Of a DNA stretch of 64,000 nt, positions 23,236 to 34,422 are shown in pieces. This DNA is from Epithemia pelagica (taxonomy: Eukaryota; Protista; Bacillariophyta): NCBI GenBank assembly GCA_946965045.2, contig OX337240.1, positions 930,001 to 994,000 on the forward strand. The letters are read 5' to 3'. The translations under genes were made by a program, and so were the position numbers. Positions within the stretch are counted from its first letter, which is position 1. Every line of letters begins with the position of its first letter. The notes below the pieces were generated by a model. The model worked only from the letters and a program-made list of their open reading frames with translations. It was not told the DNA's origin and made no database searches.

Positions 23236-26200
23236 GTTCGTCCTTGATGGTTCATATGCAATCCGACATATACCATTGGCAACGTTCTCCCTTACAAAAT
23301 GATATGCAATAGCATTCGACTTCTTGCGGAGAGTCGACTCCGGTCTGGTTCCGTTCTGTACGACCGACATATTGTCCACCCTTATGTGGGCATGACCATC
23401 CAATGGAACGCCCAGCATCCTCAATTTGTACCTCAAGCCTTTTACCATTTCAATACCAACTTTCAAGGCCATAAACTCCGAACCAAACGTCGAGGTTTCG
23501 ACACTGGTTTGCTTCTTTGAATACCAAGTTATTGGGGAACGGTTCAAGAAGATCAAGACCCCTGTTCGAGACCGACGTGTGACCAAATCACCAGCATGGT
23601 CCGAGTCAACAAATACTGTCATTTGGACAGGTTTACCATGCGGTTCTGGGGCATCTGGTAGAATCTCCTCTTTTTCACCCGGATAAAAACCGGACCAATC
23701 CGCCACTGGCTCCTCCCTATGCACGATGTAAGATGGATCGAGCACCAGTCTTGACCTGTCATATTGGTGTATGTACGCGAAAACGTGGAGGAGAGCGTGT
23801 ACATGACCTTCTCTCGGTCCTCCCAGGTAAGCAGCCAACATGGAGACTTCTGTCGTGATATCGATTCTTCCAAGCTCCACTAACCAACGGAGCACTCCAA
23901 TCTGTTGTTGGAAAAAGGATTGCCATTCTTGGTCGCAATAGGATGAAGTGTCCAACTCAGGACGGTAACCGGATGGGAGGACGCCTGCCACGCGAGTTTT
24001 GAGGATCATATCTTGCTCTTCCAACCATATCTTCACATTTTGAATCGCTTCTGTAGCGTACTTCTTGGAACTCAAGGCCCAACATCGTTTGTGTTGGTTG
24101 AGCATGTTGAGAATATCTCCTCATCCCCTGTCCGAGATTACCAGCACATCGTCAATATAAATAAAGACGAGTTCATAGTATGCCAATCCATCCTGTTTCT
24201 TGGCTGATCGTAGATATACGTCAGGATCAGCTTTGCAAGGCTTGAACCCCAATGATTCTTGTAGGGTGGTGGAAAGATGTTCTCTCCAGGCGAATGCACG
24301 GGTTTTGAGCCCATAGAGGGCTTTTGTTATTACCGCAAAACGTCCCTCATACTCTTTCCCGAACTCAAGGCCACAGCGAGTGCAAATCTTTTTATGACAA
24401 GGAGCATTTAGGTAGGCTCCTGCTATATCGGCAGCGGTAACATCAACACCATTTAATGCGGCCAACATAAATCCAATTCGGACACTTTCTCGGGAAACAA
24501 CACTCGCGTACGTCGGTGTTTTGGGTTCTCCTGTCTTATGGCCACCTGCAACATATCTTGCCTTTCGAGTGAAATCCATCTTCACGTCGAATACGATATG
24601 GCAGGGGATTATCTCATGGCCAACAGGTTGTGGTGCTCCTTTGTCCAGAATCTTAACTGCTGGAAATATTTTCGACATTTCAAGTTGCAGTGCCTTGGCC
24701 CAAAAGTCTGTACCGCTTTCCCTATCAATCTCCAATGCCCTTTCGACGTTCTTGGGCAGTTCAATACCGTATATCGGGTTGACTTGGCCGCCTTGATTAA
24801 TTGGTTGCGCCTCTTCAAAGCAAAGGTGACCCACCAAGCAAAAGCCGGTTCCTTGTCTATTAAGTTTGCAACCACGGCATATTTGGCCACTTCCAATGGA
24901 TTGGATTCCTTTCGGTCTTGCAACTTCTCTCATGACGTCGATCCGTCTTTCCATTTGACACACATAGACCATCCTCTCGTTGTTCTTCTTTTCTTGTGCT
25001 CCCTTCCATTCCAATGAAAGGTACCATCCAAGATGGGGATAGCTGTAGCGTCCTTCTTGTGGTCGACAATGCTGCTCAGAAGGTGATATTTATTGCCTTC
25101 TTCATCCAGTTGTTCATAGATGTTTTCGGCTATCAGATTGGCTGCGTAGGATTCAACATGCCCGTCCTGAAATTCCACTTCATACATTGTTGTATCGAGG
25201 ATTGGGTTTGTTGATGGGCGTCCAACAAGGTTCCCTTCGGCGTCTCTTTTCCTTCGTTTGACTTGCCCTGGACGTAATGTGCCTCCTATCGGTAACATGA
25301 CTTTTGCTGTAATAAGCTTGTCATAGGAGTCAGTCTTGTACTTGTCGAGGTCCGGCTTTCGAACATTCTCTTGCTCATTGTCCTCATAAGCGTCATAAAA
25401 GGGAGTGTCTGTCCCATCTTCTTCGGCCTCGTCTTCTTCAATTGGCATGCCTTCGAATTTGGCGCCTAATACTGCCTTCAAATTGGCATTGAATTGTTCT
25501 CGCTGAGCCGTGAAGGTTTCATTGTGGGATTTCTCTGCAGATAAAGGCCATACCGACGTTCTATAGATGACCTTCCCTCCTTTATCCGTAAGGATTTTAG
25601 AACTCATGGCTTGACCAACACTTCGACTAGGTCCAAGCCATCTACCCAATTTTCGACCTTCGAACCCAGGGTTTGAATACCAGACAGGGTCATACCACCG
25701 ATGTTCCACCAAGTGTGATATATCTGGTGTGTCCCCTGTCAACGTAGTGAGTGGAGGACCGGCATCAAATGGACTTGTCAATAAGACTGTGTGAGATTGT
25801 CTCGCTGCAACCAACTCAAGACAATGATCCCAAAGAACAGAGGGTCCTCATCTCGCGGCGGTACATCCTTTTCAGTTCCCGAATATTGGCCTCTGCCAAA
25901 TTCTGATTGGGCGTGTACGCCTCGATAGGCTTGATCCGACAACTAAACTTGTGCGCCGTCCTTCTGAAATTCCCACTCGTCAACTCTGGAGCGTTGTAGG
26001 GAATGATACTGTTGAAGATCCCATCATCACTGAATACACGTTCAAGTGTTATAAGGGCATCTTTCTTCCTTTGCATTGGGTAAAACTCAACCCAACCAAA
26101 GTCCGTTGCATATACTTGTCCGCAAGTATTTTGCCCAAGCGACTTGACATCGGAGAAGAGGGTGTCAGTATAAACATCCGCTCTCAATCTCCGGTGCTTA

Positions 26201-27907
26201 AGTTGATATGCCGTAAGGCGTTATCTCTTGCTTCCTGTGGAGTCGGAGAAATCACAAACTCCCCATTGCGTTGTAGCCGAAGCTGTTTTCTCAGCCAAGG
26301 GAATACCTATCCCCCATCGTCTCGCCAAAGTCACAGGATCAACAGTCCCCTGACGACGATGCCTCAGGTCGGCTATCGTTCTTGTATTCACACGAACCAT
26401 ACGAGCCATTCTTTGATGCAAGTCTCTTGGTTCTTTCGTACGGACGGTATTTGACTCTAGATCTACTCGGAGTTTCCTTTCGTCGGCATCAGCCAAGTCA
26501 TTCGGGTCCCACTTACTCGGATCAGTGTTCTTGATCTCGTCCCAAGTTGGCTACCTTACGGTGAATGAACTTATCACACCAACTAGGTCGAATTGGATAA
26601 CAAGTTGTTTGCTTTCGTCTGAGAGAGGAGCGGCAATAGAATGGGAGAGGTGATTTCTGTCCTCGCTCTTGATGAATTTTAAATGCACGTTGTTTACGGT
26701 TACTCCCGCCTCCCTCATCTGGTTTGGGTTCAGGAAGCACTTGTTCATCATCGGCAGATGTAAAGCCTGATGAAAATACAGAAGGTACGTCTCAAATGTC
26801 GTCGGATCATCATAAGCCACGACTCCTGTGATGATAGGCGTCTCTTTTATACTTTCGAGTGAATTCGTAAACCCACTAACTTCCGCCTTGCCTGTTGTAT
26901 ATAAGACCAAACAGACATCACCCAAGCAACAAGTATCGGCGTGACTGTCCAATTCGCATGCTGCTGTCATGGCTGTGATTTCACCGCTTGTAATCGTACT
27001 GACATTATGTCAGACACGATCATTCCGCTTCTTTTGCTGGCTCATGATTGCTCCAACTCCGGCCTCTCTCTCTTCTGTGGAGTCATCTCCATTACTCGTG
27101 GAATCTTCAGTTGTGTCTGTGGCTGATGAAGAGCCATCGTTGTTCTTTCTCTTCTTCTTGTTGGAATTCACTCCTGATGCAGACCGTTTCTTGGTACTGC
27201 TGTTTTGCTTGTCACGCGTCTCTCGAACCAAATGCTGTTGCTCAGGTGTGAGCTTGATCCACTGTCGATAAGGGTAGTATCTATTGGGGTCGAATTTTGT
27301 CGGAGTGTCTTGTTTGTTCTTGTTATTTCCCTTGTTATTTCCCTTGTTGTTTTTCTTGTTGTTCGAATGGATTGCAGAAATCTTGGCCCTTCTTGTTGTT
27401 GCACTAAATGAGACCTTGTTATCTTGTACCTCTGCAAGGTATCCTGAGGCAACTTCGAATGAGAGTCGAAGCGTTGGGGTTGCGAGGATTTGGTTCTTCG
27501 CGCTTTCCAGACGTGAATCATTGATCCCTGTGAGGAGGATCCTAATCTTCCTTTCTTCACTGACAAACTCTCCTGTTGATTCAAGGTCCGAGAAGGCACG
27601 TTGGAGTGATTCGATGTATTTTTCATAGTTGAAATTCCTCTTCGTGCCATGATCATAATAGTTTGTTTCCAAAGTCTGGAACGAAAATGGACCTTTTGTT
27701 GTCTCGCGTATTGTTGGTGGAGTCTTCTATCAGCATGACCACGATCTGCCAATGGACCAGCAAGAGATTTGCAAATGGGAGGACGCCAACGAAGTGCTAC
27801 TCCTCATTCGTCAGTTCAACTAGTGCTAATGCTTCTTCATTCCTCAGTTCGACTCATCATAGTGCTTCTTCATTATTTTACTAATTGCTTATTGTTACAT
27901 TCCATAC

Positions 27908-30733
27908 TCATTCATCTATATCATCGTTTTGTTGCAACATATCCAATAGTTCTGACGTTGTTTGTGACTGTGCTTGACTTTGGTTTGCTGGTTGTGCTGT
28001 TGGGAGTCCGACCTCCCAGTCATCATCTACAGGCCCTTCAAGTTCCTCCAAACAGAACAAATCGCTATCATTGGACAGTCCATACTCCAGTGTTCCTCCG
28101 TTCTTCTTGATCCATTTGTCAAACACATCGATCTCTTCCTGTGGCCGTTGGAGGTAGGCTGCCTTTATCTCACTTTCTGTTGAACCGATAAGAAAAACCA
28201 TGCGTCGTTGTAACCAGCGAGCCAATGCCCGCATTCTACTCTTTTTCCCAGTTCCCCTGTTTGCCGCACCACCACGTTGTGTCCTGCTAAAATAGAAACA
28301 TTTGAATAAACTATTGAATGCTGGTTCAAGGTGTTAGCTTAGTAGCACAATCTGCTCTCGTCTTCATTGCAATGACTTACCTTCCAATCCCTGTTGACTA
28401 TGCAACCATAGATTGCACCATTTCAAAAGATACTCCATACAATGACCACTTCCCAACATGTGGGCATAGTTAGTGATTCCCTCTGAGCCATACAATGCTA
28501 CCCAGTCCCTGTAGAAGTAGTCCACGTCTCCTCGCTGGAAAGCAAAGATCTCAGCGTCCAACAGGTCATTTCGTACGTTGACTTTCTTCATGGCCTCTCT
28601 GAAATATTGAATGGAACTCTTGAATAGAGCTTTCTTTTGCTCGTCGACTAAGCAACAATCAATCAATATTTCGAATTTGGGAAGCAACTTGCGTATTCTT
28701 ACATTGTCCATGGTGATCTCGCCGACTTTGTTACTTGGCGTCTCGTATGGCAACTTCCATTGCGTTGGCAGAACTTGAGAACCAAGTATTTCCAGATTCA
28801 TAAGACTCTGGATCTTGTCGGTGAACGCGGCAACTCGGTCATCTATGGTTGTTGTATCGGGCGGCATCCATGGTAATTTGATTCCATCCTTCGGATTCAC
28901 AGCGTTATTCAGTCCGGTCTTCAGAACCATGCTAAGAAATTTTATGCCCATCCTGTTCTCCATGTGGAGGAGACACGGAATGGCATCCATCATGAGAACA
29001 ATAGCAATCTTTTTTCTCAAAGCCTTCACATTGTCAAGGCATTCCACGGCCTTCTTGTATGCCCATTCACTCACTTTCTGACATTTCAGGCGCTTCTGAC
29101 GTTCTTCCAAGGTTCCAGTCATACAAAGTCGACGGATCCTGAGATCGTTTGAAACGGATCTGGCGTATTGCTGTCTCTGTTCTGCACTGGCCTGCTCCAA
29201 GTCGAAGTGAATGGAGTACAGTTGTGTTCTCTGCATTTCAGTTCCATTCGAGTTTGGATCCTCTGCCATTGACAATTCAGAATGCTCCTTCAACGCCTCA
29301 AGGTCCTTTGCAATAGTGGGAAGCAAACTCTTTTGAAATTCTTTGACTTCTTGTTCCATGGACTCTATGTGTTTGTCTGTCAGCATTTTCACATGCCTGC
29401 ATATCGACGTGGGATCTTGATCATGATCCAGTTCTAGACAAGTGGAACACTTTGATGGTTTCGTGCCAGATGGTTCATGGAGTTGACCACTGTGGATGGC
29501 GCATTTTGAACAAGGGAACTTGTGTTGTTTTGCAGCTCCACCTCTGCCGCTCAACTCCCAATCGCATTTCATGTCGCAGTTCGTACAAAGAGTGGGCTTC
29601 TTGATTCCATGCTCCTTGGATACGACATCGACGGCCTTCTTTATTTCTTCCAGAGTTCTGGCAAACACACCCAAGACGTTGGCCGTTGTTTCTGGCATCG
29701 CAACGCACCCAACAGGGAAGACCGATTGTTGTGATTGTGTGTAGGGGTTGGACGGGTCATTAAACTTGATCCCCACGAGAGTATGGGAAAGATTTTTGGT
29801 GAACAGAGCACCATCAAGGCTTTGGGCGATCCGGATAGACTTGACCACGGCCTCAGTCCCCATTACATGACCAGCCTTTAGCAGACATACTAGAACATCG
29901 GCAGCTCAGAAAGCAAAGCCCTCTGTTCCATTCTTTGAGTTAGTCTCTAGAATGTAGGGACAAATAACCCGACCAAATGTCTCGACCATTGTAGCGTATG
30001 CCTTCATGCAACCTGAAGAGGGAAGCAACGTCTTGACCCGTGGAACTCCGTCTGTTTCAACAGTTTGGAGGAGTTTGATTCCTTCATAGTTCAAGACTCC
30101 GCCACGCAAATCCATTTGTTTCAGAATCCGGTGCGGAGTAAACACATTCTCCCGAATGTAATCTCCTCGGAACACAGAATAAGAACACTGCTTGAGTTGG
30201 CCCTCATGAACAGTGTCGTCCAAGCACAATTTGGCGATTTGTGAGTAGAAATACTTCAATGAGCGACTATTGGTGGCACGAATGTTCTTTGTGGCATCTT
30301 CAATCACGTTGCGAATGTGTTGTACAAGGGTATCTGCCTGTTCGTTGGTTGTTACGGTGTTGGGGAGACGTCGGCTTTTACATGACGTACAGTTTCTTTC
30401 CAGTTCTATGATTGTTTTCTTTGCTGTACGCAACTTATCGGCTTTGTTACGAAGCTGTTTGGTCATAGAGTCGTTCTTTTCTTGAGATATTTGCAAACAC
30501 TCTCTCAAACGGAGTACTTCTTGTTGTAGCGTTGTCACCTCTGATGTTCCTGGTGCATCGGTATCAGGGATAGTGCTGTGAAGTTCAGTAGTAGTTGGGG
30601 ACTCTGTACTGAATGCATTCTGTACGACTTCCACAGCAACGGATGACTCTTCGTTTATTGAAGATTGATTGTCTACAATATTGACAGAGGTCGTTTGTTC
30701 TTCGGTATCGGAACTGTACTGGTTCTGGAGCAT
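27908..30733 (-). pseudogene. Transib/Chapaev/RAG1-like DDE transposase, copy A (nonsense TGA 29906-29908; intron 28321-28380)
   Basis: Same gene as 41435-44260, but CGA>TGA splits it into ORFs 29906-30733 and 28364-29863 in the same frame. Exon 2 joins ORF 27908-28234. Confidence 0.75.
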
Positions 30734-30801
30734 CTCAATGGCTTCCGTCGACGGCTCTGGTTGGGTGGCTTGATCTTCGTTCTCTTCTTCGTCATCTTCT
30801 T

Positions 30802-31698
30802 CTATGTCCGAGAGGCAGGCACTGGGACCAATCGTATTTGGTTGGAATTGGCTTGAAGTGAACGTATTAACGACGTTCTTCTTTTGGTCTGCTTCTTCTT
30901 GTTCTTCTTCTGTCGAGGATTTGACTGGGTATTCTCGTCGTCGTCAGAAATTCTATCAGTTGGTTTAACTAAGTTAGTACTATGCCATGCCGCACATTTG
31001 TATGGACCCTTCGCACGTTTCCTATTTACTTTCAATTCAGGGCTGGACCGTTCGTTGTTGTCGGCGTTCACACATTGACTACAGGACAGGAAAGCTTCGT
31101 GTTCAAATACCTTCATTCGATTGAGACCGAAGACAGAACAAGGATAGTTGTCTTCGCTCTTAAAGTCTTGAATGATCTTGTGAATGCGGCGCTGTTCCAG
31201 AACAGAGTTCTCGATGGTTCCTTCGTCTTCAAGTCGTTGACTGCGAGTTCGTTTGTTCGGAGAAGCAGCAGATAAGGGTGGTGGAGGAGCACTACTTCTC
31301 TTCTTGCTGGCTCGACTTGGCTGTTGTTTTTGAATGACTCTGGAAGGCTTAGGACGACTGATGGAAGTCTTCTTGTTCTTCTGGACTGAAGGAGATGGAG
31401 GGGATTGACTAGCAGATTCGTTCTCCTTGTTGGGGCAATGGTTGGAATCGGTACGCAGGGAGGGAGGTAAGAAAAGATCATTTGGAAGGCAACATGAACA
31501 GGGATCCTGGGAGTTTTGGTCGGGATGGGAACGGGTAGATGGTCTTGACATCGGTCTTTGTGTTTGTCTGTTACTAAAAGGAAGTGTTGGAATGGTTGTC
31601 TCCTTCGACATGAGAAAGGGAGGTGCACTGATGATGTTGGTTTTTGGAAATTTGGTCGAGACTAATGTGCGATTGATGTAGAAATATTGTACATACAT
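30802..31698 (-). CDS. Upstream ORF of the Transib-like unit (basic/low-complexity region + CxxC..CxxWH); possibly its 5' exon
   Basis: Open 298-aa ORF kept in both duplicates. It overlaps the upstream extension of the transposase frame in the -1 phase. Confidence 0.4.
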   Translation of the reverse strand: MYVQYFYINRTLVSTKFPKTNIISAPPFLMSKETTIPTLPFSNRQTQRPMSRPSTRSHPDQNSQDPCSCCLPNDLFLPPSLRTDSNHCPNKENESASQSPPSPSVQKNKKTSISRPKPSRVIQKQQPSRASKKRSSAPPPPLSAASPNKRTRSQRLEDEGTIENSVLEQRRIHKIIQDFKSEDNYPCSVFGLNRMKVFEHEAFLSCSQCVNADNNERSSPELKVNRKRAKGPYKCAAWHSTNLVKPTDRISDDDENTQSNPRQKKNKKKQTKRRTSLIRSLQANSNQIRLVPVPASRT

Positions 31699-32146
31699 TA
31701 ATGGTAGTGTTGGTGCGCCGGCTGAACTTATTCGGCCATCTCATTTTTTGGATGGCATCATCCGACGAAAAAAGGGGCAGTTGTTGGATGAGGCGTTTTT
31801 GAGAACCTTTCGGATATCTGAGAGCGAGACCAAGGGCGGGGAAGGTTACTTGGATGACTGTCGGATGATTTCCGACCGTTGGTCTCGCTCTCAGGGGTCT
31901 GATAGATCCGTTGAAAGGGCTCCAAGTTAGGGGCTAGCCTAAATCTCTGTAAATTCGGCAAAGGGTAGTTTTTCATTTAACAAAAGGGTTTCTCACTGTT
32001 TGTGCTATAGTAAATCCGCAAATTTATGAGAGCGTCTCGGCAGGGCCGGCGATGACCGTTTACACCGGTAGCTCGTATTGACGGCAAAGAACAGGCGCGT
32101 CCGCCATTGCCAGGGTGTGCGCAGTAGCAGGCAACCACACCCCTCA

Positions 32147-32920
32147 CACTTCTGGCCGACGTGGCCTGACGTTGTCAAGGTGGTTTGTGAAATTTTTGTG
32201 AATTTCACACGAGGCAATTTGAGGCCCCCCATTGCAGTTTCACCAAAATTTCACAATTCATCTACGTTGACTAGGTGTGATTTTCCCCACAGTACATTAG
32301 GACGTTCTTAGCTCCACAGCAATACACAGCTATTGCCACCATGGAGTCGTCGTCCAGTGCACCTCCAGAAGAGGGCCATCGCAACAATCAACTCATCGTT
32401 TCGGCCGAACAAAACAATCCGGGGCCACGACATGACAATGGCACAAAAAGCAACAATCAACTACTCCCCATCTCTGGTTCTTTCAGTTCTACAGTTCTAC
32501 AACAAACACAACGATCAACACCTTGTTTCGGCCGAACGAGACAATCCTGTGCCGCGACAACGACAACAAACGCAACAACAAACTATAAGTGAAACCATCA
32601 CTTATACCAATGACAACAAGCAGCAGTGGTGGTGACTACATAATATAGGCTTATAATTACTAGGAGTAAGTCGGTTGTATGTTTTGCACTTGTATGATTT
32701 TTATTACTCGCACAGGAAGGGTAAGCGCCTCGTCATGGTGAAAAGGTTCATCGGTACGAGGTACGAGTTACGACTGCGAAAGACTGAGGTTTTGTGTGAA
32801 ATCGATTGCACACCTATTGCCATCGATCGGACCCTTGTTTTTCACACCCTAAAAACTGCGACATTTGGAAGCTGGATTTGTGTGAAATGAGTGAAATTTC
32901 ACGCTCGATAAGACCATCCC
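32147..32920. mobile_element. Harbinger/Tourist-like MITE, copy A (left TIR deleted)
   Basis: Right TIR at 32891-32920 followed by TCA. The left TIR is lost by a 37-bp deletion between TCA microhomologies relative to copy B. Confidence 0.7.
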
Positions 32921-33090
32921 TCACTAGTCCGGTCTGGCTCCGTTGCAAGTCAGATACTCGTATTCAACGAGACTAGATCCTTGGGCGGATAATATGGACC
33001 AATCTACTTAGTCCGATCCAGATATTTCCCGACCTTCCCAGGCCATTGTGCCCTTAGCTCTTATTCTTCTTTCCTCACAGCTCAGAGTCT

Positions 33091-33105
33091 TGGGTCTGAT
33101 AAACC
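33091..33105 (-). promoter_or_regulatory. Putative primer-binding site GGTTTATCAGACCCA of CoDi copy A
   Basis: The same motif directly follows the 5' LTR of the intact element (50154) and occurs at 46569 and 62107. Confidence 0.6.
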
Positions 33106-33781
33106 AAAATAGCGTCGTGTCATTGTCTCAAAAACATAAAGAGTGACTATTAGGCACCTCCAACTTAGAGGAGCTATCTATCGCTAAAATCGCTCTTAAA
33201 CGCGACCCTTTCTCGTTTCCTCCACCACGATAACAACACGACAATCAAACTTTGTCTTGTTGCTGTTGAACTCCTACGACCACCCCATCATGATCCGACC
33301 ATTGTATGCTTCATATTAGCACCATGGTAGTGCATTGTGAGGGGCACAGTGCATGCGTGTCAGTCGAGGAAAGATAATGTAGTGAGCCCGTAATACGGCA
33401 CAACACGAGACCATGATGCACTACGTAACTACTGCTGTTATGTGTATTGTGTATCAATAGGTGCCAAGATAAGAGCCATATCACCCTTTGAGTTGTTTCG
33501 TTCGAAATGGTGAGACGTGAGACGTCACTTCCGTATGCCCGTGCCACGAGGCATGGTGCCTGAGAGTCTGATCCATAATTGCCTAGACCTTCAGGTTTTG
33601 GCCTCGCAGATGCATCCTACACTATTGGTTTGAGGTCTACGATTCATCCGACAGGTTCGAAGTGTCAGAATAGGTCCACAACAACCAGTGCAACACATGG
33701 TCCGTGTTGTTATCGCGATGGTCGGAATGAGTTATGCCGGCCGACTAGAAACAGGTTAATTTTGTGTGTCGACCTTTGATT

Positions 33782-34422
33782 TTAACCTTTGGTGATGATA
33801 AGTTTGGATACTACGAAACCATTGTTGGTGGTGCTGGGGCTGGTCCAACATGGAACGGTGTTTCAGGTGTACATCCGCACTGTACCAATACCCGCATTGA
33901 GGGTTCTAAAGACTCCTTCGTGAACACATTCATGCAGTATACCAAGACAAACGACCAGACGACGAATCGGAACGCGTCATGCTTGTATGACATTGCCTAC
34001 ATCTTGGGAGGGAGAGAAGTGGGGGTCGAATCGAAATATGTGATGGCCAATGATCGAGCCCTGGGACGGGATGGTCAAGACGCCGGCTCGCTTCGGATCC
34101 GATTCAACAACAACATTCCTCAAAGCTTATTGAATCAGCTCGAGGCGGAAGGGTGTGACACGGTGGGACGGCCCGGTCTCGCCATGATGCACAATGTCGA
34201 AAAACGTCAAACCCTTGTTGGTGGAACCAGCTAAGTCACCGAAAAAGCGTTTGGGCGAGGAACCTCCTCCAGGTGCCAGTCACCGAAACAAGAGGTTGAA
34301 ACGGGCCAAAGCCGCTGTGGTGTCCACCTCGAAAAATGCCTTGACCGAGAACAAAAGTCGCAAACAGCAACGACAGGAACCACCTCCTCTTGTACTGAGT
34401 AATGCCGACAAGTGTGGACCTG
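33782..34422 (+). repeat. Patchwork: oxoprolinase 18946-19062 + 19653-19687 + BRCT-gene fragments (292-773, 909-918)
   Basis: Each block matches its donor directly, creating chimeric ORF 33764-34234. Confidence 0.85.

Larger units (their letters stand above)
23236..33110 (-). mobile_element. Decayed CoDi Ty1/copia retrotransposon, copy A (3' truncated, frameshifted pol, 5' half of gag replaced by inserts)
   Basis: PR ELDSHADT (26551-26970), IN pieces, RT YASVVSRES/YIDD (24121-25014), RH FVDSDHAG..VDNMS (to ~23240), gag C-half 27010-27678, PBS-like 33091-33105. Confidence 0.9.

Noticed and set aside
32333-32635. ORFs inside the MITE (and 45800-46102)
   Set aside because: Short, low-complexity ACA-rich frames with no domain signature.
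33091-33105. tRNA-Ile(GAU) gene suggested by GGT-CTGATAA-ACC
   Set aside because: No acceptor, D or T arms could be built around it; it is the complement of the retroelement PBS-like motif.
33290-33780. 5' LTR of CoDi A/B
   Set aside because: No TG..CA boundaries and no matching 3' copy in the window; identity unresolved.
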